A stretch of 64,000 nt of DNA, from positions 1 through 64,000 of the forward strand of contig JAANOX010000030.1 in assembly GCA_020184695.1 (NCBI GenBank), given 5' to 3'. The translations under genes and the position numbers were made by a program. Below, piece after piece: positions 21,201 to 31,483 of the stretch (position 1 is its first letter; every line of letters begins with the position of its first letter). Under the pieces are notes generated by a model. It was not told the DNA's origin. It saw only the letters and a program-made list of their open reading frames with translations, and made no database searches. The DNA is from Histomonas meleagridis 2922-C6/04-290x. Lineage: Eukaryota > Protista > Parabasalia.

Positions 21201-22621
21201 CACCAAAAAGTAAAAAGAAGCGCACACGCTCAATAAGAACCAAAAAGAGAAACAATAGTAAAACGAAAACACCCGAAAAGAACAAAGGTGAAAATACAGA
21301 TAAAGAAAATGATAAAACGCATAAAAAGAGCTCAATGGAAATAAACAAAAGTACAGATGATGAAAGTAATACAAAACAAGAAACACCAAAAAGTAAAAAG
21401 GATGCAACACATTCAATAAGTAACAAAGATGCATTTAACGAAATAAACAAAGCATTGGAAAAGAACAAAAAGGAAAAAGAAAATATTAATGTAAGCGAAT
21501 CGCCAAAACAAAACCAAAAGAATAAAACACATTCAGTAAAACAAAAAGATATAACAAAAGAAATAAGTAAAACAACAGAAAATAATAAAAATGAAATAAA
21601 AACTGATGCAAAAAATTTAAATAAAGCAAATCGAAAAAGTTCAAATGAAAGCAATGACAGTAGTACAAGTAACGAAATAACAAAACAAAATCAAAAGATG
21701 AAAACACATTCGATAAACATAAAAGCGAAAAATGAAACATCAAAAGGTAATACACATAAAACAAATGATAAAATAAATAAAACGCTCGAAAAGAGTAAAA
21801 TTGTAAATGAAGAAACAGACAGCGATACTATAGATGAAATGCCAATGCAGAACAAAACGAAGAAAACGCATTCAATAAGTGCAAAAGCGAAAAATGGAAC
21901 ACCAAAAAGTAATACGCATAAAACAAATGATAAAATAAATAAAACACTCGAAAAGAGTAAAACTGTAAATGAAGAAACAGACAGCGATACTATAGATGAC
22001 GCGCCAATGCAGAACAAAACGAAGAAAACACATTCAATAAGTGCAAAAGATAACAAAACGCGTGAAAACGAAATTAAATCAAATCAGAAAACGCGTCCTA
22101 TAAAATCAAACGAAAGCAAAATCAAAACTTCGGGGCAAAACAAAAGTAATTTCTCTCCAAAGTCGCAGCAAGTCTTTGACTCCATATTCGGCAACAACAA
22201 AAACGTCGAAACATATGAAACGCCCATTCGAACAAAGCATAAAAATACGCGAAAAGAGCAATACCAAAATGATAAATACATTCGCGAAAGTGGAAATGGC
22301 TCTGTTTCACCTTCTGATGGATATTCATCAACAAGTTCTGAAGCATTGCAAAAGCCATTTCACAAAAACGCACTGAAGACGCCGCCTAAGAATCAGTCAA
22401 TAATACTCAACAAAAGAAAAAGCCCGTTCTTAAGGCGTTTGGTGAACATTTCGTTTTCTGATTACGATTCATATTATTATAGCGATGCATCAGATATAGA
22501 AAATATGTCACCAAAGGTAAACAATAAATTTACCGAAGATTATGATTACTCATCAAGTTCGGATTTCTTTATACCTATTGCAATGCCTCCAAGGCCTACA
22601 CATCGGCCGAAAGTCAAATGA
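18263..22621 (+). CDS. Leucine-rich-repeat protein (RNI/CARMIL-like N-half) with a long basic low-complexity repeat tail
   Basis: LRR motifs (LSLSNCNL, LNVSEN, LSLSGC, FDISNN) in the first ~600 aa, then K/N/S/T/E-rich repeats. Confidence 0.75.
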   Translation: MNPKFQKAQDLVKESSLTPLFTTEIKIKRCIGSRKLIAITTELNLQIFSKSGSLKKKLNWLDIENITGGKKGIYFEFENNVFTLTTEDLDSFVNSISDAIRHILIQKELNTIGYFKFKHLDQLPSSYGVHCRFEELVRKNHLNLDSSQLLSMRQFLLFHSTFIELQNQDVLFLFSNIAPLCNFVSGVKISNPISEDTYNLLKELVSDSNSLEHISIDCPATDSFFDFLDEISTSMINSLYFENSSFDQSHLEAIGECLCDNRINSLGFHSSFDASLFPFFCTSLLPTFSESSLISLSLNETKCIDIDSLFLSIPFIRILSLSNCNLNIEEVFNGIIRFQLNKLEMLNVSENYFRYEQHKKQIFPKSLHSLIINDVQFEGNSFNEFLQFFLSNCNKGTSLTLCKANVSNESWENFSSNIGKIKTQNLTSLRWEQNRLSKAFIKFLENQTSLILLSLSGCFSPGSNKYINDLSLYLCNSTLKVFICKGINENFLGKNTIKIINAVNSSSTIMLFDISNNKCGNEIYDSLRNLFNREPKLDIIHFDDSNPENDEKISEFLNEISNYKEKDIISFPINDLQNLVNNNKMDLDQLNELVSKFQIELNDDYIQPFYVFNYEDYDKYPFTFHPDAIAIKNKLYENNEEKDESDIFMIQSNDNDDDSLLTYLTNSSKKSKIFKNLTQSDNSKLINTNEDFQLHDENEKKKKKFQTPQNKKSEAEDNKSNKKTKRKNSEKIKKSKNKMEQINDENQMIQTPTKDKEEKETPKKSKKKKTNSTKSKEKIDNNFELSESNEEEKTLKSNKKKRTHSIRSKENTNDIFVLSESSNDETITDKSKINNETPKSKKKRTHSIRSKGKSNKINKTPEKNKNEMDNETPKSKKKRTHSIRSKDANNEIIKTPEYDKIKINNETQKSQKKRTNSIRSKEKNNKNSKLSENANNKIDDKSNETPKSKKKRTHSMRSKDAKNETMQTPEKNKNETDNETPKSKKKRTRSIRTKKRNNSKTKTPEKNKGENTDKENDKTHKKSSMEINKSTDDESNTKQETPKSKKDATHSISNKDAFNEINKALEKNKKEKENINVSESPKQNQKNKTHSVKQKDITKEISKTTENNKNEIKTDAKNLNKANRKSSNESNDSSTSNEITKQNQKMKTHSINIKAKNETSKGNTHKTNDKINKTLEKSKIVNEETDSDTIDEMPMQNKTKKTHSISAKAKNGTPKSNTHKTNDKINKTLEKSKTVNEETDSDTIDDAPMQNKTKKTHSISAKDNKTRENEIKSNQKTRPIKSNESKIKTSGQNKSNFSPKSQQVFDSIFGNNKNVETYETPIRTKHKNTRKEQYQNDKYIRESGNGSVSPSDGYSSTSSEALQKPFHKNALKTPPKNQSIILNKRKSPFLRRLVNISFSDYDSYYYSDASDIENMSPKVNNKFTEDYDYSSSSDFFIPIAMPPRPTHRPKVK
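20540..22050 (+). repeat. Coding repeats ETPKSKKKRTHSIRSK and a 162-nt tandem duplication
   Basis: GAAAC(G/T/A)CCAAAAAGTAAAAAGAAG-type copies near 20768, 20873, 21091 and 21196. The near-identical block starting AATACACATAAAAC at 21749 recurs at 21911. Confidence 0.85.
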
Positions 22622-22722
22622 ACTTGAAAAATCGCTGAACAGCCGATAGATAAAACGGTTTTCATAGAAAAAGTCATCGTTATGTTGAAAATTCTATCGT
22701 TTCTCATTCAGAACATTAACGG

Positions 22723-22950
22723 TTATATCAAACACATTTCTTCACATATTATTTCTTTATATATTATTAATAAACAATAAAATAAAAAATATTTTTGATT
22801 TTCATTAAATTCTATTGCATGTAAAATTTCATCTGCTGATTCAGCAAATTCGCACATCTTTAACAATGAATTTGGTTCGGCTACATCTTCCTTCATAAAT
22901 ATCTCATTAAACAGAAACACACTCTCAGTGTAATGTGTTTTTGCTACCAT
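22723..22950 (-). CDS. Possible short hypothetical protein
   Basis: 75-codon ATG ORF with no recognisable motif. Confidence 0.2.
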   Translation of the reverse strand: MVAKTHYTESVFLFNEIFMKEDVAEPNSLLKMCEFAESADEILHAIEFNENQKYFLFYCLLIIYKEIICEEMCLI

Positions 22951-23211
22951 GAAAGGTTATAAGCACACTTAGGATATTATTTGTTTGGCATAAATCTAAA
23001 TTTAAAAACCTAATAATAATTTAATGATTATTTCTTAGTTCTTGATTTGTATCATGATACATTTCACACTTAAAATGTAACCATAAAACATATTGTTACA
23101 ATCAAAATGCCAGAAAAGGAACTGAAAACTTTCATGATGATCACGTAATTTTCACGTTTTATACTTAACACACACAAAAAACAAATTCTACATTTTATTT
23201 AAACAAATAAA

Positions 23212-26106
23212 TTATTCATCGCTTACTTTTGTGTTTTGGATATCACTTATTGGTCTCAAGCCATTTTTATCCAGTACGAACACTTCGTCGTTTCCGAAAT
23301 CTTTGCTGTACATTATATCGAATATCGATGAGAATCTTGTTGGCTTAATCTTGAACAAATCTTTATCACCAGGCGAAACCTTTCTTAATGTAATCAAGAA
23401 ATTGTTAAATGCATTTTTGAAATCGAATATTGTAAACATTGACGCCAAAAGATAATTTATAAATTGCTCAAAAAATTGTGGTTTCGGTTCCTCGACAACT
23501 TCTTTTAACACATTAATAAGTGTTACCTTGAATTGGTCTTTATCAAAATTTGGTAATCCCATACACATACGAACGAAATAAAAAATGAAATCGATGAAAT
23601 CACCATAGGACTGTTGATGCATCGTATCGGTTATTCCTCTGAAAAGGGCAATTAAAATTACCACCATTGAATTATTAACTAATTGAAAAAGTGAATTTAC
23701 GTCAATCGACATCATTAAGCGTTGCAAAGCCTTAAGAGCTGCCTGATTAACATCACTTCTTAAATCACTTAAAGACTGAATGGCAATAGAAATGAACCAA
23801 TTCATATCTAATACATTTGGAGAGAAATTGGAAAGCATTAAGAAAATTGATGCTAATGGCGGATCGCTATAAGTTAAAGCAGGAGCAATAAAACATTGAT
23901 GTATTGTACCATAAAGTTCATTGATTTCTTGAAAGGTGATAACAAGTGTTTTTAAATAATCGAAAAATGCTTCTTCTATATAACCACGAGAAAGCATTAA
24001 CCCGAAAATTTCCTCAATAGATTCCATTGATTTCTCATACGTCAATTCGCTTTGATATGAAGAAATCGCATTTAATAATGATGACAAAATTTCATTTGGA
24101 ATCGTTTGATTTGGCAAAAACAGCCTTGCCAACCCCAATAAAGTTGGAGCAATAAACTCATAAACCAATTGCGACACATATAATGAACAAAAAACGCATT
24201 CCGAAATAATTTCCAAACAATTCCTAAACGTCTCCTTTGAATTTTGAGTGAAGTTATTCAAAATTGAGAGTATCGGCGCGAACAAAATCTGGAATAATCT
24301 TTTGGAATGTTCTGCGTAAAAATTTGAGCAAATTAACCAGCAACAAATCCTAAACATTCTTAAAACTGATTCGAAATTCAAATTTGTCAAATAAAATTCC
24401 GAACCTTCAACTAATTGTTCAATGAAATGAATATCCTCTTTTTTAAAAATGTTTGATTTTTCTTGAATCAAATGATATAACGATTGAGTTGCAGCAGTAG
24501 AAACATCAGAATTACCTTCTTTAATACAATCGATTACAAACTCAATATAATCCGAAAAGAAATCAGGTAATTCTATAAAGAATTTTGTTGCTCTTGAAAG
24601 ACAAAACAAAATCGCGCAAATGTAATTTGGGTCATTACAACCTTTAGCGTGCTGATAAAGTTCGATAATCAATTGAGATAAAGAACCAAATTCATTTCGA
24701 ATATCAATTAGAAACTCTAAACATCCAACAGCATAACATAATTGTGGAGATGGCGATTGCGAATTTAAGAACTCGAGTGTACCTTTTGGATCGATATTAA
24801 TAAACATTACTAATGTGCTTTTTGCGATTATGTGACAATTCTTTTCTTCGTTTATTGCATATTGTATCGAATTAAATAACGTTTGTCGAATTATGGGGAT
24901 AAATGGCTTGAAAAAATTTGTCGTTGGAGTGTTCTTTAGGTTATGAAGTGTTTCGAATGATATTCTTCGTAAGACGTCATACCATAATTGCCAATACGTA
25001 TCATCAATTAAATTGGAATCGAACGATAATATTATTTGAACTAAATGGTTAAGTTCTTCATGTAACGCATTGGCTTGGATCTGATTGACATTTAATGTAT
25101 TTACAAGATTTGTAACATTGTCATCAATTAGAAAAACCATATGTTCAGAATCAAGATCTTTTACACCTGATATAAAAACAAATTCATATATTGGTATAAA
25201 TATATATAAAAACTGAACTAAAAATTTAACAATTTCGGGATTCGTTGTAATGGGTTGTTTGTTTGGAAAGGTACCTGTGGATAATGAATGTACTAAAAAA
25301 GGTGAATAAAGTTGAAAAGATGTTGATGAATCAGAACGACTTAAGAAAATTGTACGAAGACATTTTAACGATGGAATAACCGTCGGTTCGTACGTTAAGA
25401 AAACGTACGTTAATTTTTTGATGACATCCAAATTAACAACTTCAGAAAGCGGTGACCAAAGTAAAAGAGCATTATATATGTTGAGTGCATATATTAGATA
25501 GGGTTCGCTTGAATTAAATGCATTAAAAATACGATTTCGTAAGATTGATGAATGATCAGCAAAATAATTTTTTAAGTCTTGACAGCGTTTTAATGTAATA
25601 AATTGCGATGAACTGATAAGATCAACAAATTCACTTAAAAGTTTGAATGAATTTAAAAGTATTGGTTCTTGAATTTCATCAGGAGGGAAAATGTAATTCC
25701 CAAACTCTTTCCATTCTTCAGGCCATTCAAATAAAGCTATAACAGAGGCACCACGCATGAGGTTTGTTTGTATAATGTTATTTGGATCCATTTGAAATGC
25801 AATTTCCAAAAGTGAATTCTTGAAAAAAATATTTTTTTCTTCATCATCAATTTTTCCCCATATTTGTGGAATCTTATTTGAAATAAGTACAGAAGAAAAA
25901 TATTTTGCAATTTCACTAACTTGTTCTGTTTGGATAATTTCAAGTGCAGTAAAAATTGAATTTGCTGTTTGTGACCAATTCTCTAGATAATTTATAGCAT
26001 CTTGTTGATTTGGGCTTGGAATTTGAGATTGTTCTACTGCGCTAATAATTGTTTGAATTGGATATAAAGATTCATCAAATTGCATTTTAAAACCGAAAAA
26101 TTCCAT
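23212..26106 (-). CDS. Importin-beta-family HEAT protein, exportin-1-like
   Basis: N-terminal QQDAINYLENW..AKYFSSVLI..W, followed by IALFEWPEEWKEF (Xpo1-domain EWP..W motif), across 964 aa of helical repeats. Confidence 0.7.
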   Translation of the reverse strand: MEFFGFKMQFDESLYPIQTIISAVEQSQIPSPNQQDAINYLENWSQTANSIFTALEIIQTEQVSEIAKYFSSVLISNKIPQIWGKIDDEEKNIFFKNSLLEIAFQMDPNNIIQTNLMRGASVIALFEWPEEWKEFGNYIFPPDEIQEPILLNSFKLLSEFVDLISSSQFITLKRCQDLKNYFADHSSILRNRIFNAFNSSEPYLIYALNIYNALLLWSPLSEVVNLDVIKKLTYVFLTYEPTVIPSLKCLRTIFLSRSDSSTSFQLYSPFLVHSLSTGTFPNKQPITTNPEIVKFLVQFLYIFIPIYEFVFISGVKDLDSEHMVFLIDDNVTNLVNTLNVNQIQANALHEELNHLVQIILSFDSNLIDDTYWQLWYDVLRRISFETLHNLKNTPTTNFFKPFIPIIRQTLFNSIQYAINEEKNCHIIAKSTLVMFINIDPKGTLEFLNSQSPSPQLCYAVGCLEFLIDIRNEFGSLSQLIIELYQHAKGCNDPNYICAILFCLSRATKFFIELPDFFSDYIEFVIDCIKEGNSDVSTAATQSLYHLIQEKSNIFKKEDIHFIEQLVEGSEFYLTNLNFESVLRMFRICCWLICSNFYAEHSKRLFQILFAPILSILNNFTQNSKETFRNCLEIISECVFCSLYVSQLVYEFIAPTLLGLARLFLPNQTIPNEILSSLLNAISSYQSELTYEKSMESIEEIFGLMLSRGYIEEAFFDYLKTLVITFQEINELYGTIHQCFIAPALTYSDPPLASIFLMLSNFSPNVLDMNWFISIAIQSLSDLRSDVNQAALKALQRLMMSIDVNSLFQLVNNSMVVILIALFRGITDTMHQQSYGDFIDFIFYFVRMCMGLPNFDKDQFKVTLINVLKEVVEEPKPQFFEQFINYLLASMFTIFDFKNAFNNFLITLRKVSPGDKDLFKIKPTRFSSIFDIMYSKDFGNDEVFVLDKNGLRPISDIQNTKVSDE

Positions 26107-26600
26107 TTTTTGAATTTATAAGCGGTCGAATAAAATCCTAAGTGAAATCTTGTTTTGTAATGATTACTCAATCACCAAATCTAGAGAACTTTAGCATCGT
26201 TTTTGTAAGTTTTTCTTTTAAATAAATACTCATTCTTGTGTACAGTAATAACTTCTTTTTGCAAAATAAAAATATTTTGTCTTCGAAAAAAAGAAGCAAA
26301 ATATAGAAATATGTTTACAATAATTTAACACAAAAATGAATTAAGTTATATTTACTATATATTCAAACTCAATTGTGTTTGAAGGAATTCATGTTTAAAT
26401 ATGTCACAAAAACATATGCATATCTAGTATGTTGAAAACTCAATAAGAAAGATTATTATCATTTTAAATATAAACAATGTATTTTCCAATTTGGAATTTT
26501 ATTTTTAAATTGAAAAAAATATGTATGAATGTATCTAATATTTGATAATATGATTTGGTATTAATTCTGAGTCTGAAAAAATATTTAAATATAAAAATCT

Positions 26601-27203
26601 TTACATATCATTCATAAAATTCAATCCATAGAAATCAAAATCAAAAATATTATCTTCAATAAGATCAGCATATGATTCACTACTTAATATTGTATTTTCT
26701 TCAATAGGGTTCGTTGTTTGTATAATATTTTCTTGTGTTTTATTTGAAATACTAGTAGGACTTGGTGAATGCATGGTTATAGGTTGTGTTGGATATGTTT
26801 GAAACTGATTAACTTGATAAAATGGAACTTGATATGGGTTACTTATTATATTTTTATATGCATAAAGATTATTATACCTGTGAAGGCAATTAAATCTATT
26901 TCGAATACTAATCGATGTTCTTCCAGGGAAAAATTGCTCCATATATTTCCATTTTGGATCAATTTGTTGATATTTGATTTTTAATAAATTATCTTCTTCA
27001 AGAGTCCACTTTCCTTTATTAACGGTATCTTTTAAATGATTTAACCATCTTTCACGACATTGACGTGTTGATCTGTTTGGCATTTCAGAAGCAATCAATG
27101 CCCAATCATTTTCACCATATTTCTGTACTAAGCTTTTAAGAGCCTCATCCTCTTCTTGGCTAAAATGATATTTCTTGATAATGTATTTGTTTGCAGCTGT
27201 CAT
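26601..27203 (-). CDS. R2R3 Myb-like protein (cluster gene 1)
   Basis: FSQEEDEAL..W..IA..RSTRQCRERW..WTLEEDNLL..FPGRT..IRNRF. Confidence 0.92.
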   Translation of the reverse strand: MTAANKYIIKKYHFSQEEDEALKSLVQKYGENDWALIASEMPNRSTRQCRERWLNHLKDTVNKGKWTLEEDNLLKIKYQQIDPKWKYMEQFFPGRTSISIRNRFNCLHRYNNLYAYKNIISNPYQVPFYQVNQFQTYPTQPITMHSPSPTSISNKTQENIIQTTNPIEENTILSSESYADLIEDNIFDFDFYGLNFMNDM

Positions 27204-27237
27204 TTAAAGAAAAATGAGATGATGAAAAATGAAAAAA

Positions 27238-27595
27238 ATTTGAGAGAAATTCAAAACGTATTGAAATCCCCACAAAAGAATAGCTGGACGACTTTTTGAA
27301 TGTTTTCAATTTAAATAGGGTGAAGCATGAACAATGATCAGTCCATTTCAGGTTTTACAGGAGTTTTAAGATAATATATTTTCCTTAATGATTTAGTCTT
27401 ATTTAGGTTGATTATATATATACTTAAATATTGTAGGATTTTTTTCGATATTCGAAAATAATTTTGTTATTTGTAGTTGTATTTTGTGTTCTTCTGGAAA
27501 AAAGCCGTTTTGCTCTTTCATTTTTGAACGAATACAAAAAGTCGTCCAGCTATTCTTTTGTGAGTATTTCAATGCATTTTGAATTCCTCTCAAAT
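27238..27595. promoter_or_regulatory. 61-bp inverted repeat between divergent Myb genes (arms 27238-27298 and 27535-27595)
   Basis: The arms match at 56 of 61 positions by manual alignment. Each lies about 35-105 nt upstream of its own Myb ATG. Confidence 0.8.
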
Positions 27596-27638
27596 AATTG
27601 AGAATATAGTCGGTTGAACATCATTCGTATAAAAAAAG

Positions 27639-28064
27639 ATGGCAAAAGCTGAAAAAAATCAAATAAAAAGAATTCATTTTAGTAAAGAGGAAGATGAAAC
27701 TCTTAAAATGTTAGTTCAAAAATATGGTGAGTATGAGTGGGGATTGATTGCATCTCAAATGCAAAATAGAACAGCTCGTCAATGTCGTGAAAGATATCAA
27801 AATTATTTAAGATATTCAACACAAAAAAGAAAATGGAGTCTTGAAGAAGATAATTTATTAAGATATAAATATCAAGAGATAGGACCAAGGTGGAAATTGA
27901 TGGAACAATATTTTCCTGGGAGAAGTTCTGTGAATATTCGGAATCGTTTTTATTGCCTCCGTAGATATGATAATTTATATTCATCGGGTGCCTATGATAT
28001 TAACTTTTGTACTTTTACTCAAACACAATATAATTTCGAAAATATTGATAAAAAAACTAATTAA
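27639..28064 (+). CDS. R2R3 Myb-like protein (cluster gene 2)
   Basis: FSKEEDETL..RTARQCRERY..WSLEEDNLL..FPGRSSVNIRNRF. Confidence 0.92.
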   Translation: MAKAEKNQIKRIHFSKEEDETLKMLVQKYGEYEWGLIASQMQNRTARQCRERYQNYLRYSTQKRKWSLEEDNLLRYKYQEIGPRWKLMEQYFPGRSSVNIRNRFYCLRRYDNLYSSGAYDINFCTFTQTQYNFENIDKKTN

Positions 28065-28755
28065 CATCGTGTTTGTGGCAAATACATGGAACACCCTAAA
28101 GGGGGAACTATCTAATGATGAATTTTAAAATGTTTTACATCTGATTTTTTTTTTTTATTCTTTATTTATAAATATCATATCAATTAATATTAATATAGAT
28201 CATCAAAATATTGATATCAAGATGTGTTAATTACTATGAAGATATATTACTTTCTATACACACAGAAAACATTTTAATGTAAGATTTTTCCATTATAATT
28301 TATAATGAAAAAGAATTCAATGCATGTAACTTGAAATAAATGAAAACTTTCATGTATATTATTTTATATCAATTGTGATTGTTAAGATATTTACTATTTT
28401 TCCTCAATACTCAGTTTTGATTATTCATATATTTTTATTTATATAAGAAAACATTTTGTTCTTGATCATTAAAGGAAAAAATATTTAATAAGATCATTAT
28501 ACAACATTAAAACTATATAATTAAAAAAGGTTCATGTTTGCATATTATATTAAATAAAGTTACTAATTCTAGATCATGCTTCTGATTATTAAATATTCAA
28601 CACAAGATGCATTTGATAATGATATAAATAATAATTATCAATAATAATGGAAACCACTTCTTTCATATGTCAAATTATGTGAGCTGGAATCATTTTATTG
28701 AAATTAATGTAATTCATTTTGAAGTGTGAGAATTCAAAAAATAAATACATTTTTA

Positions 28756-29361
28756 TTAGTTACATTCATAGAAAAATTCTATACCAAAGTCAACATCGAA
28801 AAGGCTACCTTCAGTTTGATCCCAAAACTCTGTCTGTTCTTCTTCGAAACTTGATCTGATGTCGTTCTGTTTTTGAGGCTCAGAAATATTTTCTTTTTGA
28901 ATATTTATAACATTAAATGTATTTGGAGGTGATGAAATAGGTGAAAGGTTTCCGAGGCTTTGAATGTTGTTTGTTTTATTATGTGCTTGATATTGAATAT
29001 AATAATTATTATTTTGTCTATATATTTCTAGGAATCTACGAAGACAACTAAACCTGTTACGTATATTAATTGCTGTCCTTCCAGGAAAGAATGATTCCAT
29101 TAACTTCCATTTTGGTCCAAGCTCTGTATATTTGAGCTTTAAGAGTTCATCTTCTTCATGACTCCATTTTCCCTTTTGGACTGTAGCTTTCAAGTGATTT
29201 TGCCATCTTTCACGGCATTGACGAATAGATCTGTTTGGCATTTCAGCTGCGATAATTCCCCATTCAGATTCTCCATATTTTTGTACAAGTAGCTTGAGTG
29301 CCTCATCTTCTTTTTGACTAAAATGTATTCTTTTGATCTGAATCTTGCTTGTAGCTTCCAT
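28756..29361 (-). CDS. R2R3 Myb-like protein (cluster gene 3)
   Basis: Same Myb motifs. The ATG at 29361 aligns with the paralogs' starts and follows TCACTTCACT. An upstream in-frame ATG at 29424 is also possible. Confidence 0.9.
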   Translation of the reverse strand: MEATSKIQIKRIHFSQKEDEALKLLVQKYGESEWGIIAAEMPNRSIRQCRERWQNHLKATVQKGKWSHEEDELLKLKYTELGPKWKLMESFFPGRTAINIRNRFSCLRRFLEIYRQNNNYYIQYQAHNKTNNIQSLGNLSPISSPPNTFNVINIQKENISEPQKQNDIRSSFEEEQTEFWDQTEGSLFDVDFGIEFFYECN

Positions 29362-29851
29362 TGTTTTGCTAAGTGAAGTGATTTTTCTAACCTCGACCTT
29401 TTTTCTATGAGATTCTGAACTCATTGAATTCCTCTCAAATGATTAGCAGGAAAACTTTTTGTGCGCTATTCAAAAGTGAGTTTATAATTTTGTTCTTCGA
29501 TCTTAAATTATATCCATGATCTCAAACTCCTTTTAGAAAACCAAGACATTACTTCTAGCACCTCCGATGTATAATAATATATTTAAATTTCATCCCCAAA
29601 TCTTTCCAAATGATGGTAAAATTCAACTTTGATTGCAAACAAAGTCCAGAATCCACAGCCCTCAGAAATTCCATCGTATCTCTTAAAAACTGAATTGAAT
29701 GCCAACATTTCAATATAACTTTCCCAAATTTTTTTAAAACGATAAAACAGCGCACAAAAAACGCCGTCATAAAAATACGATAAAATTGAATTTGTTCTCC
29801 AAATTTTTTGAGAACTTTTTCAATGAAACAGCAAAAATTACAACTTCGAAT

Positions 29852-31483
29852 TTAGAAACCATTCAAAAGAGTTGATACAACAAACTCAGGCTTCATTCTT
29901 CTTAAGTGATGATATTGCTCCCCAACTCCCAAGTATACAATTGGGTGACCTGTTTCATATACTAATGTTAAAGCAGCTCCGACCTTATCATCAACAGTAT
30001 CAAATTTCGTCAAAATTATTCCATCGATACCTTTAGCGTTTTCTCCTCCGTTGTGCATCTTCAAAGTTTTATCAAATTGTTGTATTTGGTCCGAACCATT
30101 ATTACCGACTAACGCTTCCGCAACGAAAACAGTCATATCTGGTTTCACTTCGTTAATTAGTCTTGCGATTTGCTTCATTAAGTTTGTATCATTCTGCATT
30201 CGTCCTGCAGTATCAATTAGTACAACATCGAAATTGTTCTCTTTTGCATATGCAATAGAATCACGTGCAACTGGTACTGGATCACGTTTTCCTCCGCCTC
30301 GTTGGAATAATTCGATTTGTAATCTCTTTGAATGTACTTCTAGTTGATCGACTGCACCACTTCTAAATGTATCACATGCTGATATTAAGACTTTAAACCC
30401 ATGAAGCTTGAATAAATATGCAACTTTTGATAACGATGTCGATTTTCCAACACCATTTACACCTACAAATGCCATAACATATGGTACACCTTTCGCTCGT
30501 GAGTTTTGAATGTCGCGAATGATATCGATGCTTCGGTGCGGTGTAAGAATACGTTCAATCGACTCGCGTAATGAATTCGTAACGATCGTTTTGATGGACG
30601 AAAAAGTGCCACAGCGAGTGCCAAGAAGTTTTTGGCCTACAGCTTTAGTAAGTTCGGATGCAATGTGTGTCGCTACGTTTTTGTTGACAAGGTATTGCTC
30701 AAACTCTGTAAGAATTGGATTAAGATTGTCTTCTGTAAGTGTTTTCTCACCAATGATATTTCGGAAAAGACCTGCAACTTTGGAAGCATTCGTACGTGAT
30801 GGAGAAAAGACACCTTCAAAATCATCAAGATCATATTGTTTGACTTCAACTGATTCTTCATCTCGCTTTTGACGAATTACAGTGGAAAGTGCTTCGACTT
30901 CGCTAGTATCCTTCTTTTGGTTAAAGCGAGGACGGTCAGATTTGGAAGGAGAGTTGCTTCGTGGTGGAGTTGATTTGCGATCATTTTTATTATTAACTTT
31001 AGGGGTTTTGGGCATGGTTGAAATAGATGTGAAGCTCTCAGATACATTTGGTGTAGGCTTCTTTGGGGCTGTACTTGTAACACCTTGGAAACGTTTAAGG
31101 ATGGATTCTTCGCTGAATGGAGCAAAGAGATCTGGGACAAGCATGATTTGATCACTCTTTTCAATTATTGGGGCAAACTGATGCTCGAATTCTTCAATAA
31201 ACTCATCAAGCATTTGTGGGAGATATTGAGTATGTTGAGAGATTTGAAAGGGAAGAGTGATACAAAAATGCATGTTGCTATCAGGTGAATGCTTAGCTAT
31301 AACGAATGTTTGATCTTTTTTGAAAGTGGCCTCTGTTGAATGTCCTTCAAGAATTTGCTTTTGAACATATTCATTAACTACACTTGTGGTTTTACGTGAT
31401 GTTTCACAATCTTTTGGCCAAAGAACAAGACCTCCAGATTCGAAAACAAATAGCTCGAAAACGTTTTGTTTCTCTTTTTGCAT
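29852..31483 (-). CDS. SRPRA: Signal recognition particle receptor alpha subunit
   Basis: N-terminal GGLVLW longin region, GVNGVGKSTS, DTFRSGA, DTAGRMQ, TKFDTVDDKVG and GVGEQY. First ATG at 31483. Confidence 0.95.
   Translation of the reverse strand: MQKEKQNVFELFVFESGGLVLWPKDCETSRKTTSVVNEYVQKQILEGHSTEATFKKDQTFVIAKHSPDSNMHFCITLPFQISQHTQYLPQMLDEFIEEFEHQFAPIIEKSDQIMLVPDLFAPFSEESILKRFQGVTSTAPKKPTPNVSESFTSISTMPKTPKVNNKNDRKSTPPRSNSPSKSDRPRFNQKKDTSEVEALSTVIRQKRDEESVEVKQYDLDDFEGVFSPSRTNASKVAGLFRNIIGEKTLTEDNLNPILTEFEQYLVNKNVATHIASELTKAVGQKLLGTRCGTFSSIKTIVTNSLRESIERILTPHRSIDIIRDIQNSRAKGVPYVMAFVGVNGVGKSTSLSKVAYLFKLHGFKVLISACDTFRSGAVDQLEVHSKRLQIELFQRGGGKRDPVPVARDSIAYAKENNFDVVLIDTAGRMQNDTNLMKQIARLINEVKPDMTVFVAEALVGNNGSDQIQQFDKTLKMHNGGENAKGIDGIILTKFDTVDDKVGAALTLVYETGHPIVYLGVGEQYHHLRRMKPEFVVSTLLNGF

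Noticed and set aside
20509-22373. Long hydrophobic minus-strand ORFs
   Set aside because: These are antisense shadows of the A-rich K/N/E repeat region of the LRR gene.
23163-23178. ACTTAACACACACA resembling the trichomonad intron 3' motif ACTAACACACAG
   Set aside because: It is an imperfect match with no terminal AG, lies intergenically and has no matching 5' splice site or flanking exons.
28050-28130. Possible frameshifted C-terminal extension of Myb gene 2 at an A-run
   Set aside because: The alternative frame adds only about 25 codons with no recognisable motif, so it cannot be distinguished from chance.
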